A stretch of 64,000 nt of DNA, taken from positions 62,001 to 126,000 of the forward strand of contig JAMDHS010000052.1 in assembly GCA_029717555.1 (NCBI GenBank), written 5' to 3'. The notes below the pieces were generated by a model. The model was not told the DNA's origin and did not search any database. It worked only from the letters and a program-made list of their open reading frames with translations. The position numbers were made by a program, and so were the translations under genes. This DNA is from Peribolospora baueri (Eukaryota). Every line of letters begins with the position of its first letter. The first letter of the stretch is position 1. Of this stretch, positions 22,907 through 37,016 are shown one piece after another.

Positions 22907-25554
22907 TCACGCCTCAAACATCTCCACCCTCCACTCCTCGCTGTTCACCTCCTCTTTGCTCAGCCCAAGTAGCTCCGGATCCCCTCTCCACCGATAAGCG
23001 GCAAAGTGATGGTTGAGGCCCTTTTTCTCGTGCACGTTGTGCACGCTCCCGCATCCCCCCGCACGAGGCGACGGGAAAACGTAGTACACCGACGCGACGC
23101 GGCTGTGCACGAGCGCCATGCTGCACATCATACACGGCTCGTGAGTCGCGAAGAGCGTGAGCGACTTTAACAGGTAATCTTGCCCGTTCTTCAGCGACCC
23201 CGGTGTGCTCGGGCCAGTCGCGCTCTTGTTCGACACCGCGCCCGTCCCGTCCGTACCCGCATCAGCATCGTTCGCGTTTTCACCAGCGGTGCCGAAGGTA
23301 GTGGTCTTGTTGAAGGCGGTGGCCGCCGAGGAAGAAGAGGTCAAGGCGGCGCCTCCACTCGACCTGACCTTCGAGGCGGGAGCCAGAATTGGCGTCGCCG
23401 CGGTGGAAGACGGAGCCGGGGAGGGAGAATAAGAAGCAGGAGGAGAAGACACCACAGGACTGTTCAGCGCAGACGAGGAGGGCGTCAAAAGCCTGTCCTC
23501 CACAGTCGCGTACACCCCCGCCCTCGTCCTTCCGTGCTTGTCCGTTGCCTGACGCACGGCCGCTAACATCTCTTCCGCGCTCGCTTTCGTCCCTTCAGCA
23601 GCGGCGCATGTGGTGGATACGGAGGCAGCGGCGGCGGCAGCAGCAGCCACAGCGGAGGTGAATGACTCGACACGGATGCGCGCCACCTCACGGACGACGT
23701 TGAGCAAGCCGTGTCGGATCGGATTGCGCTCGCTCCGTCGTGTGTCGTGGGCGTACGCCTTGATCGGCGTTGGAGGCGGTTTAACGGTGGGCGCGGGCGA
23801 GCTCGGGCGAGATCCCGTAGGAGTCGACCCGCGAGATGGAGCGCCGCTACCGAGCGGCAAGGAGGTGGCGGAGGAGAGGGAAGAAGGAAAGCCTGGTCCG
23901 GAACTCGAGGTGCCATACTTGGCGGTGACGAACATGCCAATGGGCAGCTCACCCTTCTCCTTCGCCTTTTTCGCCTGTGCCACCGCGGCCCTCAACCCAT
24001 CAATCACCCAATCCACTCTTGCTCGCTCCCAGCTACCTTCCTCTACCTCCTCGTCTTCTTCCAACTCCTCACTGGCGCAGTCCGCCTCCTGCTCCGACCC
24101 GGACATGAGATGCCTCACTGAGCCCTTTAACTTCTTTGCCCGCTGCTGCACGCCCATGTCTACTCCAGCAGGTTTGTGTAGCATCACCGGCCACAGCTTG
24201 GTCCACTCAATGAGCTGCCCACGCGTCCGAGCAGATGTGGATGGAACAGCAACTGTGTAGGGCTCGGTGGTGCAGGCCGCTCCGGTCGATTCTCCGCTGG
24301 GAAGGTGTTCATGTAACAGGGACTTGAGCTCGTCCTCTGAGATGTTGGGCTTTTCACAGATAAGCATAGAGAGCTTGATCGCTAGTTGTATGAGGAAAAA
24401 GGACGGACGTCAGATGGCGAGACTACCGGTATAACTGCATCAAGGATGAGAGACGTGAACCCACAATCATCGGGAAGGACTCTCCTGTTGAATTGCTTGA
24501 GGTGTCGTATCGAGCTCATGTTGATCCCGCTGTTCCTCAGGAAAGACATGAGCTCCTTCGTCAGGCGAGGGTTCACATCCACTACCCACGCTTCAACTGC
24601 AGACCGAAAGGGGAATTCAATACGGCGAACTTATTGCCAACGCCTGTGACTGTAGCTTTGAACCACAGTCGCTGCACTCACTTGTCTCTAGTGGAGCGTT
24701 CTCTGGCCGATGCCCTACGCCAACGACGGGCAGATCCGCCGCTCCGACCCAGATTGACTTGCTGGGCAAACGGGAAGAGGAGGGAAGAGGCGAAGAGGGT
24801 GCTACGATCGGCAGAGACCCGTTCTCCCGCGCTGGCCCCTTGCCGGTCGGGCTGCTGCTCGTGGGCAGTGGCTTTCCAAAAGAGTTGGCAACGGAGGACA
24901 ATGCCTGCGCTTCTACAGGTCCATCCGAAGTGTCCTCCACGAGCCCAATTCTTCCCAACCCGCCATCCTCCCCTTCTGCATTTTCCTTAGTGAAAGCCGC
25001 CCTCCGCGCCAGCTCGTCTGGACTGAGACCGGCCTCCTCGAACCATAGGTTGGAGCCGTAGCTGATGCAGAGTTCCTCATCTTTCTCTACATCTCGAACG
25101 AGTGTAAAGTGAATGGAGGAGGTGGACGTGGAGAGGGTGTAGCTGACGTTGGGATGTGCGGAGTGGTTGAACATGGAACCTGCGCGGGGAAAGAGGACAG
25201 GTGAGCGCCTGGAAAGGCAGAGAGAGAAGCAAAGGCTGCACAGCTAAACATACCAAGGCCCAGAGCAAGCGCCATCCTTCCCTTCGCCGAGCCGTCCTTC
25301 CATACAAAACTGTAGTGATCGACGATTGTGTGCTTCGCGTACTTGTCATACTCGTCCCTCTCGAATACGAGCACGGGAGAGACGTCAACGAGGGTGCCAC
25401 GGGGAAGCGGACGAGAAGCGTACACCCCTCGCCCTTTGGATGGATCACGTACGGCAATCAGTAGGCCGTGAGGGTTGAGGTGGGGGGTTGAAGGTGCCAA
25501 AGAGGGGGACGAGGAGGAGATGGATGACACGCCTAATGGCACGTCAGACGACAT
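22907..25554 (-). CDS. TAD3: SET domain / tRNA adenosine-34 deaminase subunit Tad3 fusion protein (4 exons)
   Basis: SET motifs KGRGVYAS, GSMFNHS, EELCISYG. Tad3 motifs HLK, WPV, NPIRHG, YLL..THEPCMMCSMALVHSR, LNHHFAAYRW. Three canonical introns keep a single frame. Confidence 0.85.
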
Positions 25555-25996
25555 GGCCGAGGACCTATGAGAAATCCTTTAGCACAATTGGAGCGAGAAG
25601 AGGACCAAAAGGCGCTCGGCGTGGGGCACTGAGATGCACAGTGGACTTCAAGGACACGAGAGAGGGTGAAAGGAAGTGTGAAGGCGGAGGTGAGAAGGGA
25701 GAAGGATGTATAATTACTTGGCGAGGGTGAACCTCGCCCGACTCGGTAGGCAGAGAGAATGAGCAGGACCTTGCCGCAGTCAGAAAATGTTGCACCACGT
25801 GGCCGGCGTCGATCTTACCAAGCACTTCAGTCCGACCTCCTCGACGAGGTTCACAAATCAGGATGGAAAGAGGAAGGGAAGAGATGAGAAGAAAAGAGGC
25901 GTCTAAGAAGAAGGGCGCGGGAGGAGGGAGAGAGATATTGTTATTGTTCACCTTCCACTTCCTTACGCCTGCCAAACACCTGTCTGTCTGCCAGCC

Positions 25997-27440
25997 ATGC
26001 TCGCTCGTCGCCTCGCCTCGCCTCTCCTCTCCGCCAGCCGTGCTCCCCTCCTTGTGTCCCGCTCAGTCCCCCTACGACAGATCACAGCTGTGGCAGCTAT
26101 TCAGTCGAACTGGGCGAAACAATTCCGGAAAGGCGACGCTGTGCGAGGCTTTGCAAGCTCCAGCATAGCCATGAAGGTGAGCGGTGGGCCAGTAGAACGG
26201 GCTCGGACGACCTCGCTCTCATGCACAAGGGAAAGAGAGTGGGGGAAAACGCCTTCCACAGAACAGCACCTCATTTGTAGCCTGCCTACTTTTAACGAAC
26301 ACCATACCCAGCGGCAATGGCCACGAATCGCTGACCCAGCCGTGCTCCGCTCCTTTCAACCCCTGTACACCTTAACACAGGATCCTCTGGCGCCCCTGTT
26401 CCCGGACTACGACGACGATCCGACAAGCCTCGCCCACGTCAAGGATACTGATCCTCCTGAGATGTCCGTTCTATTAGGTGGCTGAGCTCCTTTCCGCTTA
26501 CCCGACGTGACTGACTTCAACATTTCCCTTACGCCACCGCTCGCCTTCGCTTCGCTCACTCAGCATTGCCGTCTACGACAACAAGAGGATACTCACCCAA
26601 GCCTTAGACGAGGCACACGGGACCGTGAACACGCGCGACTCGCAAGGAAACCTCGTCTCCCATGATCACCGGAACATGTCCCTCTCCGAGCTCATGGAAC
26701 ATGTCGACCACACCCGGGACCCCTCGTCGGTGACGAACGCCTTGCGGAACCTCATGCGCTCCATCGGCGCCGCTTCTGATGCGCGCGATAGGGCTCAGGC
26801 GCAAGGAAAGCCTTGGGGAAGAAAGGAGAAGAGAAGAGCGAGGAAGAGCGAGGAGCAACAGACGCAGATGAACGACGAAGGAGAGAGGGTAAGGGTGCAT
26901 CGGGTGGAAAACCTCGACGTCGGCGATCCGCCAGAGGTGATTGGCGTGCGCGAGGCAATCTCCGGAACGCCGGACGGCCGGTTCCCCAACTCGTACCCGG
27001 AGCGCAGTTTCACGACGGGCAGGCCTCAGAGCAAGATCCCTATCGCGCAAATGGCGCGGGAGGAGGAGACCTCGAGGAGGGGAGAGAGGCCTCCGCCTCG
27101 CTCGTGGCCTTTCCCGCACCTCAAGGGGAAAGAGATGCCCCAGCCCGAGAAACCTCTGGAACCGCCGGGAGAACCGCGGAGGGTGGTGGTCAAGAGCGAG
27201 ATGCTCAAGGTCATGCCGGAGAAGGACTGGACGCCTTCTCCCGATGTTCTTGAACCGCTCGAGGCTAGCGTCTGGCCCGCGGAGGTGAAGAAGCTCACCG
27301 TGCTAGAGGCGGACGCTAAGGTGCTCGACAAGCTCTTCGATCGCGAAGGTGGATATAGCGGCGTAGTCATCGTCGATGGTCAGCCTGAGGGTGGCGTCGG
27401 TAGGCAGGACAAGGCGGGTTCATGGAAGTACATGACTTGA
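25997..27440 (+). CDS. Hypothetical protein with mitochondrial-type presequence, multi-exon
   Basis: MLARRLASPLLSASRAP start, GTGAGC donor at about 26177, long charged final exon ending at 27440. Confidence 0.65.
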
Positions 27441-27630
27441 GAGAGAGACACAGTTTGAGAGCGCCCCAAGTGGAGGCGCGGTCGCCCGTTCGCTTTTTAT
27501 ATGATCTGTATTGTTCATCCATGTACGATGCGTCTATAGGCTCGCCAAGCGGCAGTTCTACGTCATATAGCTCCCGACTCAACAATATTCATTACTGTGG
27601 CCACCTAACTTTAAGAGATGTCCGACAGAA

Positions 27631-29154
<1,524 letters not shown>

Positions 29155-29503
29155 GGTTGGTTATCTGACCGTTTCGTGCAGCAAGATAGATGGGAAGGAA
29201 GAAGCAATGTTTAACCAGCCAGTGATCGGGACTGCGACGGTGATTGGCGGTCACGCGCGGAGAAGATGACCGGCGACTGGCGTCACCGCCCAACTTGATC
29301 GAGACGACGGCGACGACGACGACATTTCCAACTCTCCTGATCACCGTCTTCCATCTTTTTCATTCACCACGACGTCCATCTCTGCCTAGTAACTACAGCT
29401 ACCTCGTTCTTAATTACTAGAGGCCAAGGTTCAAAGGACGGTAATTTACCACCCACCCGTACTCTTTCACCCATCGACCAACCGACGGCGTATCTCCGAA
29501 GTG

Positions 29504-31556
29504 ATGGACCAACTCGCCAAGTTCCGCTCTGCGGCTACCAAGGCCGGCATTCAGGCAACCGCTTTTGCACAGCGCTCGGCGCAGAAGATCGGGGAGCAGG
29601 GGAAACAGGTTGGACAGGGATTTAGGTGGGTGTGAGAAGCATGGGTTGATTGGACGAGCTATTGCAGAGGTGCCGAAGTCGTGGTGGAACGGGAGAGGAG
29701 ATGCAGTTGGGAGCGGAAGAGTGGTATACCTGGATGACAACGACGGCATCGTTTGCACATTTGCCCGCTTGTCCGTTATCTTCTTGGATACAGCGACTTA
29801 TTGTTTGGCCTGTCTCATCACCTGTTACCCGTCGCCGTTCCCCCCACAGACTCGAAGGCGAATGCGCAAAGGCTGCGAACATTCTTCAAGGCTTCCTTGG
29901 TGAGGCCTCGTCTTCCACGGAAACAACGTTTTCATGCGCGCTCATATACTCCTCTACATTATCCTGAATTACTTTTACCTGGAAAACTCCTACGATTCTA
30001 TGCGTTCCCCGGATTCGCGTTGCCCTCCATTCCATTCGGCTCTCCAGCGGATCCGCATCACCCACAGTCGGCTCTCAACTCCATTCCTAAGGAGGTGCTC
30101 CTGCGCGCTAAGGGTGCGTTTCTTTCTACTGCTCATTCACGGCACACGTTGAACAGGCGTGTACGCGGTGAATTTGTGGGTTCATCATGTTCTAACCTTT
30201 GTTGTTGCTTGCTCCCATCCTACGTTTGCGCATGGCGATCTACAGGTCTGGCCATCTTCAGCGTACTGAAAGCAGTACGTAATATCATTCCGCAGTCCAT
30301 TATTCTCACTACTGCAGCTCACCTTGGCATTTCGCAATTCGTCTACCCTTCCAACTGTCGCACAGGGCTTCGTCTGGTCTGGCAAAGCCGGCTCCGGCAT
30401 CGTCGTTGCTCGCCTTCCTGATGGCTCCTGGTCCGCTCCCTCGTGCATCGCTACCGGCGGTATCGGGTTTGGCTTGCAAGTGCGTGATTTGTTCGGAATC
30501 TCTACATCCTTCTGCGTGTTCCTTGCTATGGGTCGTCTCAACTGATTCATTGCATCGCCTGTCTAAATTTTGACTCCATTCATTGGCCGCAGATTGGTGC
30601 AGATCTCTCCGAATTCGTCGTAGTGCTCAACAGCGACGAGGCCGTCCGTGCTTTTGCCCTGGGCGGGAACGTAACCATTGGTGGAAACCTCTCTGCCGCC
30701 GCTGGCCCCATCGGCACGGGCGGCAGTATCCAGTCTGCGCTTGCTCACCCTGCGCCGATGTTCAGCTATTCGAGGAGCAAGGGTAAGTTATGCTCGGCTT
30801 TGCCTCGTTGCCTCGCTGGAGCGCGGGCAGGCACATAGGCGTGCGATCGCCGCGCTGAGTCATTTTCTGATTTCCTCCTCATCGCTTGGTCGAGAAACAG
30901 GTCTTTTCGCCGGTCTTTCCCTTGAAGGGACCGTGCTCATCGAGCGCAAGGACGCCAACCAAAGCTTCTATGGCCAGCCCATCCCCGCTCTCGACCTCCT
31001 TACGTGAGTTGCCTTCCCCAACGTGTCTGGTTTGCACTCAATGCGCGAACAGCCGAGAGGCTGGCAAACGCGTCTGATCTTGCCTAGCCCGACCTATGTA
31101 GTACAGCGCATTGGTCGGTCTAGGCGATGTGGGCCATATCACCATCAGCAAGGCTGCTAACCCAGATCGCGCTTTGCACGAACAGCGGAAAAGTTCCTGC
31201 TCCCGAGGCGGCTAGCGCGATGTACGAAGTGATTGAGGCTGCCGAGCAGGTGCGTCGTCCTTCCTTTGAGATCCTTTCGGTTTTTCTTCGCTTCCCTGCT
31301 CATTTCTTTATCTTGCAAACATTCGGTTCTCCGCCTTTCAATGGCCGCTTTTTCCTGCGCCGTTACATATTGCCTTCCTCCTGCACCCTCCGTCCAGGTC
31401 GACGAGTCGGGCCTCCCCCAAAACGCGTACATCCCCACCCAGCCGGGCGCGGATGGCGCGCCCGTGACGGCGTACAACCTTTCCGGAGCTACGCAGACCG
31501 CGACTGGTACTCAGGGTGGAAGGCCTCTCTTTGACGCCGGCGCTGAGGGGAACTGA
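29504..31556 (+). CDS. SYLF (Ysc84/Lsb3 actin-binding) domain protein without an SH3 domain, multi-exon
   Basis: GFVWSGKAGSGIVVARLPDGSWSAPSCI, GGNLSAAAGPIG, FSYSRSKGLFAGLSLEGTVLIERKDAN motifs. Confidence 0.9.
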
Positions 31557-32397
31557 TGCGTTGGTGTGACGGGCAGCTTAATTGGAGGAAGAGAAGTTCG
31601 ATCGGCGCGAGTGGAGCAGGGGTGGGAAACTGACTGGATGAGGAGGGTGGCAAGCGCATGACGCTCGGTGGGATGAGGGGCAGAGGTGGTTCAGACACAT
31701 ACTGATGCCATAGCAGCATCGCAGAACGCCAACCTGAGCTGGCTTGACGACGCCTCTTTCTCTCTTTCTTTTTCTGTGTTTAATCTTCTCCTAGCTATCG
31801 ACCTACTTCTCGACGCACACACGACCGCGGTCCATCGTCTTTTTCTTCTTGACCCTCTACTCGGTTCGGACTCTTCATTTCCTCGTCTTTTTTCTTGCTT
31901 TCCTCCTTTCGGTTTCGATTCCCTCTCCCCGACCATCCTTCGACGTCAGAGTGTCATCCTGTTCTCTATTGCAATATATGCTCCAACCCGCCCTTCCGTC
32001 TTTCTTCCTCCTTATCACAGTCCGCTTCCTCGGCCATTTCAAGCACGGACGAAGATGGAGGAGCCCGCAAACGAGCTTGGACAGGAGGTACGATGGAATA
32101 AGAGGGATGTTACACCTTGACAATTGGATTGGACCGGCTTGGACGAGACGTGGATGGACGGATAGTATGATATGACTGGCCCGAGAGAACAAAGTGGAGT
32201 CAAAACGGGGGTGGCGGATGGTGGGGGGCAGCGCGGAGTGGCAAGCAATGCGGCGCGCGAGACGAGGAGATGGGACGGGACGGGACGGCGAGGCAGGGGA
32301 GACAAAGGCGCCACGTGGAGCAAACTACATAGACAAAGAGAAAGGCCGGCGGTAGGGGGGAAAGAGTGATGGAAAAAGATGGAAGGAGTGCAGCCGA

Positions 32398-35300
32398 TCA
32401 AGCCTGTATACGAAAGGGGGAAAGCAGAGAAAGAGACAGTGAGCGAGCGACCGGCTGCTTGTGGGAACCCGTCAGCTAGAGACGTCCGCGGAAGCACAGC
32501 GAGAGGACTGACAAGGTAAGAGTACACGTCCTTCTGACCCTCCACGCGTTCGAGGTACTCCTTGTCGATGAGCTGGTCGATGGCCTTCTTGATGTCCGGT
32601 ACCCTCGGCTGGAAGCGGGACTGGAGGATGGTGATGACTTCCTGGATGAGCGTCTGGTGTTTGAGCTGCTTGCGCGCTTTCATGATGCGCACGATCGTCG
32701 CCTGCCAGACGTCGCGGGACACACGGTGAACGGAAGCGAGGAGGGCATTTTAGCCGATGACCGACGGTGAGACGACCGAGGTGGCGTGATGACCTCACCT
32801 GAAGCAACAGCTTGCGGTCCTCGTCAACCGTCTTCATCACGTCCGCCGACTCAGCTTTGGCCTCGGCCCTGATCTGCACGTTGAGGTTGACACGGACTTT
32901 CTTGGATTTGAAGTCTGTTGGAGCGAAGATGCGCGACACCAGCCATGAACCCTCCGCCATTGGGGTCCTTCTGCGCGAAAAGCCTCTTCGCTGCCCTACG
33001 ACCCATCCGAATCACTCACCCATATTCAAATCGTAACTGTCCCCATCCTGCAAGAGCACCTTGAACTTAACCAACACCTGCAGAACACCTCTAAGCGTCT
33101 CATCGTTGAGCCCGGTGGCCGTCTGGAGGTCCTTGAAGGTGAAGCTGTCCGCGTCATTGTACTGAAGCAGCACGGCCATTTGGAAAGTTGAAGTGAGGAA
33201 GATGTACTTGGTAGAGAGGTAATTCGTCCGCATCTCGTTCTTCGATTGGCCCCAGAGCCAGGTGAGTTTCCGGCCACTACGGACGCAGAAATGAACAAGA
33301 ATGAGTACCGTCAGCTCGGGAGGCCCGGCCAAAGGTCGAACGAAACCGCGACTCACGAATGCTTGTTGTTGTAGTAGCCCTGGAAGCGCTGGTACGTGGG
33401 CAGCAGCTCGGTGGGAATGGTGAAGTTGGTCGTCGGGGGCGTGAGCGGCCACGAAGACGTGCCAAGAACAAGCGCGTAGAAATCGACTTTGCAGCAGCCG
33501 AGGAAAGGACGATGAGCACAAGATTTTGCTTCGCGGTGATAAGAAATACAAGCATGACCAAGAGAACAAGGAAAAAGCAGCGCTCACCATCCAAGTCTTC
33601 CTTGCCGTGCGTCATCTCCATCCTCTCCCTGAACTGGTCATTCAAGTCCTTGCTCAAGCTCATATCTGCGTGCGAACCAAAAGCGCTCGACACGTGAGCA
33701 AACGCTCCGAACTGGCGACGAGGGTGATCCACCCCTGTCGGATCGATTCGCCCAAGACGAAAAAGCTGGAACGTACCGGTGAACATCCTCTGCAGCTTTC
33801 CAGTGTACTCGAACCCGCACGCCTCCTTGAGCTTTGCGATCATACTTGCCTCCGCGTCGTCCGAGGTGCTGGTGAACTTGATGAGCCGGTTGCAGAGCTG
33901 CTTCCGGTAGTAGCTCTGGAAGACGTCCTTGTCTTCGATGTACTTGAAGACGACCATCTGCGCGCGCGTACGAACAAACGAACAACGCATCAGCGCATCT
34001 GACAGTGACTCGCTCTGCGACCTTGAGAACAAGCACACACGCTCACTCACCGCCTGGTTGAGAGCCTCTTCAAGGTCGGCCTCCTCCGAGTTCTTGTTCG
34101 CCTTGCTGAGCAGGTTGTTAACGTGTCTGGCAAGGTACTCGGGTGACTTGCTCGACGATTTGCCCGTAGCCTTGTTTTTGTTGACAAACTCGCGGCAGGC
34201 CTGTCCGAATGGCCGTGCGACAGGCGGATGGGATCGGTCCGCCAGCCGTCAGCACGGGCGTCGAGTTACTCTATTCCCTGTCCACGAGGAATTCACTCAC
34301 CCTGTCAAGAGCGGCGATGAAGCCAGGCTCGCCCCTGAAAGCTCTGGCGACCGTCTCGGAGCTCTTCTTGTGGACCTCCAGCAGGGCTTCTACGTACGCC
34401 GACGGCTCCAAGCTCTCTCCCGCAGCCGCCACTTTCTCGATTGCCGCCAGTCCGGCCTGCTTGACGTGCTCTTCGAAGATTTGTCGCATGGGCTCGAGGC
34501 CCTCGGGTATTCGACCGAGAAGGGTGTACATACGGTGCAAATCTGCAGACGCGGCGAAATACAAGGGATGATGGAAGACGGACGACCATTGAGCCGGGTA
34601 TAAGTTCGTCGCGATGACAACGGACAGACCAAGTACGCACCGCCTTCCTTCTCCAGGTCGAGCAAGTTCTGAAATTCGTCCCAAATGATCTTGGTTTGTC
34701 CTCGGACAAGGACGGATTCGCAAGTGGCGATGAGCTACAAAAGACCACGAAGACGGCAAACCGACAGTGAGCCATCTTAGCCTGATCTAGAAATCATACT
34801 ACATGGAGGAACGTCAGTGAAAAGACGTAGAGGGAGCTCACCGCTCTTCGCGTGCTTGGATTGAGATAAAGCTCCACGCGATCCTCCTCCTCCTTAAGCC
34901 TGCTCTCCGCCTTCTTCATGTAGTCGGTCACAGAGTTGGCGGCGACAAAGGTCTCGGACTCTGACTTGTAGTACATCTCGGTGGCGGCGATGAAGGGGAG
35001 CTCGAATTCATCCCTATACACGTCCAAATTTTGCTTGTTCGTATCTTGCTCGTCGAGGCCCAGAGCGACTGTGTATATGGATGGGATAGGTGCGATGAGT
35101 TAGAGCATTGCGCACCGGACGACGCCCAACGACACATCGAGACTCACCGAGGCTGTCCACAATCTTCTTCACTAGGACGGTCTCGATCACCTCTCCATTG
35201 CGCTGCTTCTCTATCTGCTTGAGCAGAGCGGTGATCAATTTGCCTTTGCTCTGCACATGGGCGAAAAGCTCCTTTTTCCATTGGACGAGGGCGAGCTAAT

Positions 35301-36170
35301 AGAGGCGTGGAGGAGGCGGGAGAAAAGAACGAGTCAGCACGGCTGAACCGACCAGTGTGGTCGTGGGGGGCAGAGAGGCGAAGGCGCACCGTGTAAACGT
35401 TGTAAACGTTCCGCCGCCCCTCGTCCTTCTCCCGCTTGACCCAGTGACGGTTGAGGTATGTGAACAGCCGATGGACGTAGTTGGCTCCATTTGTGTACCG
35501 CTCCCACTCTCGCGCATAGAACTTAAGCAATGGCTCGTCGATGTACTGCTCGGATTCCTGAAGGCGGGGAGAGGAGGGTGGGTGAGATGGGAGAGACGAG
35601 AACGGTAGATAAACGGCGAATGGAAGGGGCGAGCGACGCACCTTGCGTACTTGCCACAAATGCTCCTGGAAGTACTTGACAAGATGATTATAAAGATCAG
35701 AGCCCATCAAGTTGGCTCCGGCTGCAGCGATGGAATGCAAGGCAAAGGCGGAGAGGTGGATGAGAAGACGGACAGACGAGTATACGTCCTCGAAGGGTGC
35801 CAACAGTAGAAGGATACTGACCCCTACCCTGGCTGGCAGTGCCGAGCGGTTGGGCGGTCGCGTGCATCCTGCTGCTGATGCAGTAGTTGTAGGCGACGGT
35901 GTAGAGGGACATGTACTGGTTATAAGACATGCCCTCCAAGAGCCGGGTCATCTGAGAAACGGGTTGCGGTAGGGAGAGGTGAACGAGGGGGTCCAGGTGG
36001 AAGGATAAGGGCGGCGAGAATAGAGACTCACCATGGCGTCGATGCCATTTTCAAGGAAGCTCCAGGTGGCTCGGAGACTGGGAAGATGGGAATATAGGCG
36101 AGGTTAGAAAGGATCGTGGTGAGAGCCGGACAGGAACTCACTCGTTAGAAGGCGGTAGTTGTGTAGCCAT
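32398..36170 (-). CDS. CUL1: Cullin-1 (Cdc53), many exons
   Basis: [56 protein letters not shown], neddylation motif IVRIMKARK. The last coding exon is only GCT TGA. Confidence 0.95.
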
Positions 36171-37016
36171 CTTGCGCTGTCTGGCGCCGTAAGGGGGGGG
36201 GAGTGGCGGGAAGAGGAGAAGAGAGTGTTGCGATGAAGATGGAGAAGAAAAGATGACGAAGGAGGTGGACGCGTGGGGGAAGAAAGGAAGAGAGACGGTG
36301 GTGTGTAGGAGACGGCGACGGCGTGAATGACTACGGGGGTGAGTGTGCGGGGTTGACGGTAATGCGCGAGCAACAGATGCGGGCGACAGGAGACAGAGAG
36401 AGACACCAAAGTCGTCAGCGCCGTCGCCGGTTCGCGCAGAGCTTGCTCCAACGGAGTGAGTGGTCGCCCGGCGCCTTGGCGCCTTCCTTCCTCCTTCCGA
36501 CCCGAGATACTTAACCCTCGCCGATCCGGCCCTCACGCACCTGAAAGCCCTGGGAAGGGAACTAGTGGTTTAGCGGCGAAACTCGAGGCGAGAGACGGGG
36601 CAGTGCGTCAACAACAGACAGGCAGCGAAGGGGAGGCGATGGAGACGAAGATGGAAAGAAGCAGCGGGCTTGCTTTGACTTGACTTGGACAGGTCGAGGT
36701 GAGTTCGCCGTGAGCTCGGCCATTTATTAGTCCCAGTCGTGTGCCCGTCGAGGTCACCGCACATGTGGCCGCCTATCTCCGCTCTGCAGCGAGCGGCGAT
36801 CGGCCTCGGCTTAAGACACGACCACCCAGTTGGGTAACTACCACCATCCACCATCCATGAGAGCAGACGTCGTACGGACGGCAACGGCCACAGCGGCACG
36901 CAGGGCTGCTCGAGAGTGGCAAACGGAGAGAAAGGAAAGGAAGAAGAGGCACATTCGCTTGTGTTGAGGTTCATGTCGATCGACGTTGTAGCCGCGCTCG
37001 GCCAAACCTTCATACC

